Source of the DNA: a virus
IMG/VR virus record: IMGVR_UViG_3300045988_042432
Length of the DNA stretch: 64,000 nt
Reading direction: 5' to 3' (one strand)
Shown here: positions 27,041 through 35,233 of the stretch, in pieces
How positions within the stretch are numbered: position 1 is the first letter of the stretch
How the letters are laid out: every line of letters begins with the position of its first letter
The notes under the pieces: generated by a model
Told to the model about the DNA's origin: nothing
The model's database searches: none
Seen by the model: only the letters and a program-made list of their open reading frames with translations
Position numbers and translations under genes: made by a program

Positions 27041-28200
27041 TAGTAAAATCCATTCTTGATACGGATTTGTATAAATTTACAACTTCGTATGCTTACATGA
27101 AACTATTTCCTCAAGCTAGAGGAACATTTGAGTTCTTTGACCGTGACTTGACAGAGTATCCAGAAGACTTTGTTCAGAAGGTGTACTTGGAGTTAAGTAA
27201 TCTTGGAATGTTACGTCTTACCAATAGTGAACTTGATTATATGACTTCTAACTGTAGATTTGTTCCACAAGTCTACTGGGAATGGTTATATTCTTTCAGG
27301 TTTAACTCTGGCAAAGTGCAAGTATGGCTTGATGACAAGAAACATCTTCATATTACTGTTACTGATTATCTGTACAAAGTAACACTATATGAAGTTCCTA
27401 TTCTAGCCATTATATCTGAACTACGTAATCGTGTATTAGGTAACAACTGTGACATGTCAGAAGTCATTAAGAAGCTTGAACCTAAGTTAAGGTTGTCGAA
27501 TGTTGCAGGAATAAAATTCTCTGAATTTGGTACCAGAAGACGGTTCAGTTATAATGTACAGGATGAGGTAGTATCTGCAATTAAGGAAGGTTCTATCTAT
27601 TGTACTGGCACTTCTAACTGCTATCTGGCTATGAAATATGAAATGCCTATGATGGGAACTCATCCGCATGAGTGGTTCATGTTCCACGGTGCTATGTATG
27701 GCTATAAACAGGCTAATTACATGGCTCTTGAGAATTGGGTAAATGTGTATGACGGTGATTTGGGAATAGCATTGTCTGACACATATACTTCTGAAGTGTT
27801 CATGAAGAACCTGTCTCGCAAGCAAGCTAAATTGTTTGACGGAGTAAGATGTGACTCTGGCGATGAGTTTAAGTTCATAAACAGTATGATTGCTCGTTAT
27901 AAAGAACTTGGAGTAGACCCTACTACTAAGACTATAGTATTCAGTAATGCTTTGGACTTTGACAAATGCCAGGACATTATGGAGTATTGTGGAAGTAGAA
28001 TCAGGTGTTCGTTTGGAATAGGCACTAATCTCACTAATGATACTGGGTTTAAGCCGGCTAATATAGTGATGAAGCTTATTAGCTGTCAAATGAATGCTAA
28101 TCAACCTGTTTATGGATGCGTGAAGCTGTCTGATGATGCCGGTAAACATACTGGAGAAAATAAAGAAGTTAATGCTTGTTTAGTTGAATTAGGATTATGA
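27037..28200 (+). CDS. pncB: nicotinate phosphoribosyltransferase, PncB-like
   Basis: Collinear with E. coli PncB as I recall it: 'ILDTDLYKFT', 'EFGTRRRFS', 'GTSNCYLA', 'MGTHPHEWF', 'LGIALSDTY', 'VRCDSGD', 'IVFSNALD', 'FGIGTNLT' and 'VKLSDDAGK'. Confidence 0.9.
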   Translation: MIVKSILDTDLYKFTTSYAYMKLFPQARGTFEFFDRDLTEYPEDFVQKVYLELSNLGMLRLTNSELDYMTSNCRFVPQVYWEWLYSFRFNSGKVQVWLDDKKHLHITVTDYLYKVTLYEVPILAIISELRNRVLGNNCDMSEVIKKLEPKLRLSNVAGIKFSEFGTRRRFSYNVQDEVVSAIKEGSIYCTGTSNCYLAMKYEMPMMGTHPHEWFMFHGAMYGYKQANYMALENWVNVYDGDLGIALSDTYTSEVFMKNLSRKQAKLFDGVRCDSGDEFKFINSMIARYKELGVDPTTKTIVFSNALDFDKCQDIMEYCGSRIRCSFGIGTNLTNDTGFKPANIVMKLISCQMNANQPVYGCVKLSDDAGKHTGENKEVNACLVELGL

Positions 28201-29159
28201 GTGAACTAAATTATGAACACGTATTTAACGTATTAGTTGATAAAACAGCTGAATACGTTACTTCTAACAACCTTAAAGCAATGGTATTGGGCATCAGTGG
28301 AGGAATTGACTCCACTGTTGTCGCTGCTATCTGCCATGAGGTTAGTAAGAAGACTGGTATTCCTCTTATAGGAAGAAGTCTTCCTATTAAGAATAAAAGT
28401 GATGAGTTCGCTACTTCTGTACATGTAGGAGAAGCCTTCTGTAATGAATTTAGTGTTTACAGACTTGAACGTTCCTATCGTGCAGCTTTGTTTGATGCCT
28501 GTGCTGATGCAGGTGATGTCAATATGGCTAATTCTTACTATCTCGATGAACTAGAAGAAATGCCTAGTAGAACTCCTATTGCTAATGGTAATCTTCAAGC
28601 TAGGTGCAGAATGATGTATCTATATGATATAGCTAGTCGCCATAAAGGATTAGTAATGAGTACAGATAATCAAACTGAATATCAGCTTGGATTCTGGACT
28701 ATTCATGGTGATGTAGGTGATTTTGACCCAATTCAAGACCTATGGAAGACAGAAGTTTATGAGTTAGCTAAGTGGATTAGTAATCGCTATAAAAACATTG
28801 AACACCACCATACTATAATGACTGGTGCTGGAAGTAAATCTGATGCTATAGAGTTATCTATAGCTCTTACTCCTACGGACGGTCTTGGCATTAGTAACAG
28901 TGACTTAGAGCAAATTGGAGCTAAGAGTTACGATGAGGTTGATGATATACTCTCTAGATATATTCCATTTAAGGAGTATCGACAGAAGCATGGAGAACCA
29001 CTTCATCCACATGATGAAATAGCAGAATCTGATTGCTGGTCACAATTATGTGTTAGGCATGGAGAAGATGTAGTCAATAAGGTTTGGAGCCGACATTTAG
29101 CTTCCGAATTTAAACGTAAGAAAGCTCCAATTTATATATCTAGGGAATTATATGAATGA
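28197..29159 (+). CDS. nadE: NH3-dependent NAD+ synthetase, NadE-like
   Basis: PP-loop 'GISGGIDSTVVAA'. At 320 aa there is no glutaminase domain. Confidence 0.88.
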   Translation: MSELNYEHVFNVLVDKTAEYVTSNNLKAMVLGISGGIDSTVVAAICHEVSKKTGIPLIGRSLPIKNKSDEFATSVHVGEAFCNEFSVYRLERSYRAALFDACADAGDVNMANSYYLDELEEMPSRTPIANGNLQARCRMMYLYDIASRHKGLVMSTDNQTEYQLGFWTIHGDVGDFDPIQDLWKTEVYELAKWISNRYKNIEHHHTIMTGAGSKSDAIELSIALTPTDGLGISNSDLEQIGAKSYDEVDDILSRYIPFKEYRQKHGEPLHPHDEIAESDCWSQLCVRHGEDVVNKVWSRHLASEFKRKKAPIYISRELYE

Positions 29160-30255
29160 TTTAGAGAGAAGGGTTCACACAGCTATTAAAGAGTGTTATG
29201 ATGTAGTCATAGCCCCAACTTACGGGTTAGGTTCTGCATTAGCCGCTGTATTTATGAAGATACATGGAAGAGCTCCACATAGGGCGACTTTTAGAACAGA
29301 TTATTATGCAGTAGACTTACCAGAAGGACGAGAATGGTCAGATGCAGAATCTAAAGGAAAGATTAAATCTATTTCCGGAAGTAAATCTATAGACTATTGG
29401 GCAACTCAACACAACCTTTTAAAGTTGTTTCCAGATGCAGTTCATATAAGGTGGGGAGATGATTACTTCTTATTTACTGATGAGTATATTATAGACCTTC
29501 AGGACCTAGAAATTCTAATGTTGAATACTGATGATATTCCAAAAGAAATAGTAGATTGCTTGGTATATAAAGAGGCTAAAGCTACTATGGAATACGTAAC
29601 CTACAGTAATCAAGGATTCAGAACCACACTAATGAAAGTAAAAGAACAAGATTGTGATATACAATCTAATTATAATGATGACTTACCACATCAACAAATA
29701 ACCGATATGATAAATTCCAAGGAAAGTGGAATTGCCATACTACACGGAGTTCCTGGTTGCGGTAAGACTAGTTATATTAGAAAGCTAATAGCCGACAATC
29801 CAGGTAAGAAGTTTGTGTTCTTAGACGCTTCTACGTTTCAATACATTGGGGATGCTTCATTTATTGAACTTCTTACTAATAAGAGAGATTCAGTGTTTGT
29901 AGTAGAAGACTGCGAGGACTTATTAGTAAGTAGGGACACTAAAGGAAATCACAGAATATCCTCTTTACTAAACCTGTCAGACGGTATACTTGGAGACTCT
30001 TTAAACCTTAAGTTCATATGTACCTTTAATGCTGATATTAGTAGTATTGATAAAGCATTATTACGTAAAGGAAGATTGAAAGTTAAATATGAATTTGGTA
30101 AACTTACCAAAGATAAAGCTACTGCCTTAGCTGTTAAACTTGGTAAGACTGAACCTGTAACTGAAGACATGGCATTGTGTGATGTCTATAACTTAGGCAC
30201 AGACAATGGTGGTGAACAAATTGAAAGTGATAGACCTAAAATTGGATTTAGATGA
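29152..30255 (+). CDS. AAA+ ATPase with unknown N-terminal domain
   Basis: Walker A 'HGVPGCGKTS', Walker B 'VFVVEDCEDL', 'FICTFNA' and 'ALLRKGRLKV' (classical AAA clade second region of homology). Confidence 0.8.
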   Translation: MNDLERRVHTAIKECYDVVIAPTYGLGSALAAVFMKIHGRAPHRATFRTDYYAVDLPEGREWSDAESKGKIKSISGSKSIDYWATQHNLLKLFPDAVHIRWGDDYFLFTDEYIIDLQDLEILMLNTDDIPKEIVDCLVYKEAKATMEYVTYSNQGFRTTLMKVKEQDCDIQSNYNDDLPHQQITDMINSKESGIAILHGVPGCGKTSYIRKLIADNPGKKFVFLDASTFQYIGDASFIELLTNKRDSVFVVEDCEDLLVSRDTKGNHRISSLLNLSDGILGDSLNLKFICTFNADISSIDKALLRKGRLKVKYEFGKLTKDKATALAVKLGKTEPVTEDMALCDVYNLGTDNGGEQIESDRPKIGFR

Positions 30256-30509
30256 AAATGAAATTGTATTATGGAGCCTTGGCCTTGCTTTGGCTCCTTT
30301 CTAGTTGTACTCCCAGTGATAATGTAACTGACAACCATGACAAGGTTGGAACTTGTCGTAATGGTCATATCAGAGCTCTTACTTTGAATGGTCATACATA
30401 TTACTGGCAAAATCATTGGTTTGCACATGCAGGAGACTGTAAGAAGTGTAAGCATGAACTTGATAGTATAGTTAAAGCAGCAGTTAAGGAGGCAATGCAA
30501 TGCGAGTAG
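30252..30509 (+). CDS. small lipoprotein
   Basis: Signal peptide 'MKMKLYYGALALLWLLSS|C' with the lipobox L-S-S-C. The mature part is Cys/His-rich. Confidence 0.6.
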   Translation: MKMKLYYGALALLWLLSSCTPSDNVTDNHDKVGTCRNGHIRALTLNGHTYYWQNHWFAHAGDCKKCKHELDSIVKAAVKEAMQCE

Positions 30510-31075
30510 GATTATTCTTTGGCTCATTTGACCCTCCCCATATCGGGCATGTAAATGTGGTAATGGGAGCCATTAACTCCAATCAGGTGGATAGAGTGTT
30601 AGTGATTCCTGCTTATCAAAACTTATGGAAGGAGAATAGCTCTAAATTTTCATATAGGTATGCTATGAGTTGTATGCAATTCGACACTTTGCCTTTTGTA
30701 CATGTAAGTGATGTAGAGAAAGACTTAGCAGGTCCTGCTTATCCCAGAGGTATACCTACATACGTTGTACTGGAGGAATTAAAGTCTAGAATGCCAGAGG
30801 ATGAATTAGTAATTATTACTACTCCAGAAACCTATAAGGATATTCCTGAATGGCATAAAGGGTCTGTAATATTGTGTGACTATAAATTCCTCATGGTGGT
30901 AAGTGGAGAGGAGACCCCACAAGACCTTCCGGAGAATGTACATGTTGTATACGTTCCGCAAATAACAATATGCTCTACTTGCATTCGCAATAGAGTAAAG
31001 CTTGGAATATACATCCAGCCATTTGTAAGAGATACTGTAGAAGCATTCATTGACCAATATAGATTATATGTATAA
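30500..31075 (+). CDS. nadD: nicotinate/nicotinamide mononucleotide adenylyltransferase, NadD-like
   Basis: 'GLFFGSFDPPHIGH' (the GxFxPxHxGH motif) and C-terminal 'ICSTCIRNRV' (ISSTxIR-like). Confidence 0.85.
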   Translation: MRVGLFFGSFDPPHIGHVNVVMGAINSNQVDRVLVIPAYQNLWKENSSKFSYRYAMSCMQFDTLPFVHVSDVEKDLAGPAYPRGIPTYVVLEELKSRMPEDELVIITTPETYKDIPEWHKGSVILCDYKFLMVVSGEETPQDLPENVHVVYVPQITICSTCIRNRVKLGIYIQPFVRDTVEAFIDQYRLYV

Positions 31076-31103
31076 AAGCTGGATTAACTGAAGAATTTTA
31101 CTA

Positions 31104-31658
31104 ATGAAGAATTATCCTATTACAATTGAAACAGGTGAACATGCTGGGGAGACAGTCTGGGTTCACCGTAGTATAGCCGTTGCAGGATTTATATTTTGTA
31201 AAATTAACGATGAATGGTGTGTTCTTGCTAATCAAAGAGGTGAAGGAGCACCAGACTTTCAAGGATATTGGAACTGTCCTTGCGGCTATTTGGACTTTGA
31301 TGAGACATTAGCAGAAGCTTGCTCTAGGGAAATCTACGAGGAAACTGGAGTTAAGATTGAACCTAGTGCTCTTTATATGTGTAGCGTTAACGATGACCCG
31401 AAAGACTCTAACAGACAGAATGTTACTATGAGGTTCATGGCTGTAGTAGACGAGAGTCATATTGGAATTTCTACTAATGCTATCAAAGGACAGCTAGGCG
31501 GAGAGGAGAATGAGGTAAAGGCTATCATGTGGGTTAAAATATCTGACCTTGATAATTACCAGTGGGCGTTTAATCATAGACATCTCATTGAAGGCATCTT
31601 TTATACTTATGTAGATTATGAAGAAGTAGAAGGTTTAGACGATTTATTTGCTGAATGA
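31104..31658 (+). CDS. Nudix hydrolase
   Basis: Perfect Nudix box 'GYLDFDETLAEACSREIYEETGV' (Gx5Ex7REUxEExGU). Confidence 0.9.
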   Translation: MKNYPITIETGEHAGETVWVHRSIAVAGFIFCKINDEWCVLANQRGEGAPDFQGYWNCPCGYLDFDETLAEACSREIYEETGVKIEPSALYMCSVNDDPKDSNRQNVTMRFMAVVDESHIGISTNAIKGQLGGEENEVKAIMWVKISDLDNYQWAFNHRHLIEGIFYTYVDYEEVEGLDDLFAE

Positions 31659-32200
31659 CATACTTCATTAGTGGACACAGAGACATAACTCCTGAAGAAT
31701 TTGAGAAGTTCTACGTTCCAGCAATTGTTGATGTGATAGATACATGCAACGATAATTACGATGACTGTGAATTTGTAGTCGGAGATTGTAGGGGTTGTGA
31801 TGAAATGGCAGCTAATTTCATAGCAAACTACATTAAGGAGAATACAGATGATACAGAGTGTCCTCCATGTATTTTGTGCATTTATCATATGTTCTCTGAA
31901 CCTAGGTTTAGAGTAGGCGTAGCTGGACAAGACGGTTGTTATCATGTTGACATGGTAGATGAGCTCAATGCAGACTTATGCGAGGATGATGACCCATATA
32001 CCATAGATGATTGTCCTATTGTACATTATGTAGGTGGATTTGAGACAGATAGAGACCGTGATTCTGCTATGACCAATGTTTCAAGTGAGGATATTGCCTT
32101 TATAAGAAGCAAATCTAAATGGGATTCTGGTACAGCAGAGAATATATTACGTAGGCACACTATGAAATATCTAAACCCTAGTTTTTATGGACAACAGTAA
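31655..32200 (+). CDS. SLOG-superfamily (DUF2493/YspA-like) protein candidate
   Basis: 'YFISGHRDITPEEF', 'FVVGDCRGCDEMAANF' and 'RDRDSAMTNVSSEDIAFI...SGTAENILR' follow the GxRd / G-x-x-G-x-D-x-x-A / RN..M...AF..SrGT pattern recalled for DUF2493. Confidence 0.45.
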   Translation: MTYFISGHRDITPEEFEKFYVPAIVDVIDTCNDNYDDCEFVVGDCRGCDEMAANFIANYIKENTDDTECPPCILCIYHMFSEPRFRVGVAGQDGCYHVDMVDELNADLCEDDDPYTIDDCPIVHYVGGFETDRDRDSAMTNVSSEDIAFIRSKSKWDSGTAENILRRHTMKYLNPSFYGQQ

Positions 32201-32432
32201 AGATTGGGGTGAGTTCCTGGAGGGCATTAAGGCTGCACAACAGGCAACTGAAGCTCAAAAGGAAGCTAATGAGCAACATGAAAAGTATGAAAGATTGAGA
32301 TTTGAATTTACATTAGCATTAATCAATAACAATGACCTCTTACATGAGAGGTCATTTAAAGAGATATGTCAATTAGGAGTTGAATTAACAGATGAATTTA
32401 TGAAACATGAATCTGAAAAAGGGAAAGTTTAA
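32187..32432 (+). CDS. hypothetical protein
   Basis: 81-aa ORF with an overlapping start. Confidence 0.45.
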   Translation: MDNSKDWGEFLEGIKAAQQATEAQKEANEQHEKYERLRFEFTLALINNNDLLHERSFKEICQLGVELTDEFMKHESEKGKV

Positions 32433-33144
32433 AATTGTTGAGGGAACAAGAGTTAGAATGGTTTCTTCAAAAGATACTCATATAGTCGAAGGAGCTTACG
32501 GTACTGTAGTCAGTCCTGGTATAAGAGAGTCGGAAGTGCGTTGGGATAGTATGTTAGCAATTAGAGCAGATTATAGATACAGAAATGAACTAGAAGATGC
32601 TCTCATCATTCCAGTTTATAATGACTTATTGGACCCTTCTGGAAACTTCCAAATTTGGACTCCTGAACCTATTGCGCGAATATACCTTGACGATTGTATC
32701 AAGTATATAGGAGAGGATACAAAAGACCTCAAATATGGTGATTTGCTTTGTGTATATTCTATGACTTTATCAGAGCATTCATTGTATGCAATACAGTTAA
32801 GTAATTACAAACTACACAAATTGGACACCAGTGTCTGTGCATTAGAAGGAAAGGGATATGCTTTAGCTAAAGACACTAAGGTCAAAGTAGTCCTAGACTC
32901 CGCTTATACAGAAGTTGGACAAACTGGTAAAATTTATCGTACTGATTACAGGTCAGCGCTGCCCTATGAAGTTATTATAGATAAGGGTGATTGTGTTTGG
33001 GTTGCTGGATGTACCATACAGAATGTTGATACTGAAGTGTACATAGAAGAGTATTCAGCAGATGTTGAGAATGAAGTATCACCAGACGAGGATATACTAG
33101 AGAACGGATTCTCCAGACAAGTAACATTTTATGAAAAGGATTAA
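32407..33144 (+). CDS. hypothetical protein
   Basis: 245-aa ORF. Confidence 0.55.
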   Translation: MNLKKGKFKIVEGTRVRMVSSKDTHIVEGAYGTVVSPGIRESEVRWDSMLAIRADYRYRNELEDALIIPVYNDLLDPSGNFQIWTPEPIARIYLDDCIKYIGEDTKDLKYGDLLCVYSMTLSEHSLYAIQLSNYKLHKLDTSVCALEGKGYALAKDTKVKVVLDSAYTEVGQTGKIYRTDYRSALPYEVIIDKGDCVWVAGCTIQNVDTEVYIEEYSADVENEVSPDEDILENGFSRQVTFYEKD

Positions 33145-34036
33145 CAAATATTTATTTCTAGACGTAGACGGGGTTCTCAATAGTGTCTCATGGTACAGAG
33201 CAGAATGGAATAAGGACCATGTGTATCCTCAAGGTGACTTTGACCCTAAGTGTGTTGAAATTGTAAACAGAATAGTCAAAGAGACTGGCTGCAAGGTAGT
33301 AGTCAGCTCCTCTTGGAGAGCTGAAATTAATTTGCAATCAATCTTTGACAAAGCTGGTTTAAAGTTCAAGATACATAGTATTACTCCGTTTGGAGTCCAT
33401 AGAGGTTGTGAAATAAGGGATTGGTTAGCATCCGAAACCGAACCTTATGTTTATGCTATATTGGATGATGACAGAAGTATGCTTGCAGAACAGAGGAAGT
33501 ACTTCATTAAGACTAACACAGTTACGGGTATTACTGATGAAGACGCAAGACATGTAATTAACATTTTAAATAGAAATGATATGTGGAATGATAAATTAAA
33601 CTCCTTAATTATGGAGTCTATGAAGAATCACGACGCTGTTCGGACTACAGTCCTCCGTGCAATTAAGACGGAATTTAGCAACTATGCAACTGCTAAGAAT
33701 GCTAAACCTCTTGACAATGCTGCTGAAATAGCCATTATTAAGAAGTTACGTGACCAACGTATTGATAATGCCGAACAGTATCGTATGGCAGGTCGTCAGG
33801 ATTTATATGATAATGAAATGGCAGAATCTCTTATCTTGAATGAGTTTCTGCCCGAGGTCCCTGATGATAAAGTACTTGCTTTAGGGTTAGTAGAAGTCTG
33901 TGCATTACAAGGATGTGAAGACGGGCCTAAGATTCCTAAGAGCAAAATGGGAATCATTATCAAAGAGCTTAAAGCTATGTTCCCTGCCGCAGATGGTAAA
34001 CAGATTGCTGATTTAGTAAAATCTTGTGTAGTATAA
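33131..34036 (+). CDS. HAD-like phosphatase fused to a YqeY/GatB C-terminal-like domain
   Basis: HAD motifs 'FLDVDGVLNS', 'VVVSSSWR' and 'AILDDD'. The C-terminal half, 'VRTTVLRAIKTEFSNY...EIAIIKKLRDQRIDNAEQYRMAGRQDLYDNEMAESLILNEFLPE', matches the YqeY pattern. Confidence 0.7.
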   Translation: MKRINKYLFLDVDGVLNSVSWYRAEWNKDHVYPQGDFDPKCVEIVNRIVKETGCKVVVSSSWRAEINLQSIFDKAGLKFKIHSITPFGVHRGCEIRDWLASETEPYVYAILDDDRSMLAEQRKYFIKTNTVTGITDEDARHVINILNRNDMWNDKLNSLIMESMKNHDAVRTTVLRAIKTEFSNYATAKNAKPLDNAAEIAIIKKLRDQRIDNAEQYRMAGRQDLYDNEMAESLILNEFLPEVPDDKVLALGLVEVCALQGCEDGPKIPKSKMGIIIKELKAMFPAADGKQIADLVKSCVV

Positions 34037-34037
34037 T

Positions 34038-34289
34038 ATGACACTAAAAGAAATTGTAACCTTACCTTATCCAGCTAAGATATCACATGCTATAGCTGGT
34101 GTACTTTATTATCAAATAATAGCTGGTGATAAAGCTATTGTCTTTCCAATAGACATGAATGACAGAGACGATGTAGGAACTACTACGTTTCTAGCAGAGT
34201 ATCCGAAACCTATCACATTAATGAGATACATTCGTAAAGCAATTGACTCTGGTGAGTTAGTAATAGCTACTACTGATGCCGAAGTATAA
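34038..34289 (+). CDS. hypothetical protein
   Basis: 83-aa ORF. Confidence 0.45.
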   Translation: MTLKEIVTLPYPAKISHAIAGVLYYQIIAGDKAIVFPIDMNDRDDVGTTTFLAEYPKPITLMRYIRKAIDSGELVIATTDAEV

Positions 34290-34458
34290 TGTAAGTATCG
34301 ATAGACAGCTTAGATGTCGTCTATGCTTTGACATAAAAGTTGAAGCCGACAGCGAAGACGAAGCTTGGGAAAAGGCTTACGATACAGTAGACCTAGGAGA
34401 TTTAGAAGTGAGAGATTGTGAGTATAGCGACGATGAAATAACCCTTCTAGAAGAATGA
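34276..34458 (+). CDS. hypothetical protein
   Basis: 60-aa acidic ORF. Confidence 0.4.
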   Translation: MPKYNVSIDRQLRCRLCFDIKVEADSEDEAWEKAYDTVDLGDLEVRDCEYSDDEITLLEE

Positions 34459-35171
34459 TTATAGGTATAGTTGGTAAGAAGCAAAGCGGTAAGGATACAG
34501 TTTGTAATATCATTCGGTATATAAGTTGGCTTAAATCTTCCAAACTATGGGGAGAAGTAACTCTGAATGCTAAACACTTTGAAGCTGTCTGTGAAAGTGA
34601 GGATATTGCTCCTATACTTAGTATATGGGAGAAACATCCATGGGCAGAGAAGCTGAAACAGTGTGCATCCATTATACTAGGATGTCATGTGTCAAGCTTT
34701 GAGACAGAGAGTATCAAAGAATCATTTACACATATTCCAATTAGTAATAGTGAAGGAGAACCTATGACTCATAGAGAGTTCCTACAAGTACTAGGTACTG
34801 AAGTGGGAAGAACTATTGACCCTAACCTATGGGTTAAATCTATGATGTCTGACTATGATAAAGGATTTAAGAGTTATCCTACTTATGGTACTGATGAATA
34901 TGGCAATACTGCGTTTGTACACATGAATACAGTAGAGCCTTGTTGGATTATGCCAGATACTAGGTTTCTAAATGAAGTCCAAGCTATCAAAGATAGGAAA
35001 GGAATTGTCATTAAGGTAAACAGAGATACCGGATTACTAGATAATCATATTTCAGAACATGCTTTGGATGATTATAATGACTATGACTACGTCATTGATA
35101 ATAACGGAACTCTTGGTGAGTTAATTGTCAAAGTAGCAACTATGATGGAGACCTTAGGGGTGCTTCAATAA
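34455..35171 (+). CDS. P-loop kinase, phage dNMP kinase-like
   Basis: 'IIGIVGKKQSGKDTV' resembles the T4 gp1-type 'GxxRSGKDT' P-loop. Confidence 0.6.
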   Translation: MIIGIVGKKQSGKDTVCNIIRYISWLKSSKLWGEVTLNAKHFEAVCESEDIAPILSIWEKHPWAEKLKQCASIILGCHVSSFETESIKESFTHIPISNSEGEPMTHREFLQVLGTEVGRTIDPNLWVKSMMSDYDKGFKSYPTYGTDEYGNTAFVHMNTVEPCWIMPDTRFLNEVQAIKDRKGIVIKVNRDTGLLDNHISEHALDDYNDYDYVIDNNGTLGELIVKVATMMETLGVLQ

Positions 35172-35177
35172 ACAATA

Positions 35178-35228
35178 ATGGCCTGTATGGTGGAGTGTAA
35201 TGCTCTACTGTACAGGCCATTTTTTTTT
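35178..35228. terminator. hairpin plus T-run terminator between convergent gene arms
   Basis: ATGGCCTGTA (35178-35187) pairs with TACAGGCCAT (35211-35220), followed by a run of 9 T. On the minus strand the same stem is followed by TTATTGTTT. Confidence 0.75.
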
Positions 35229-35233
35229 GATTA

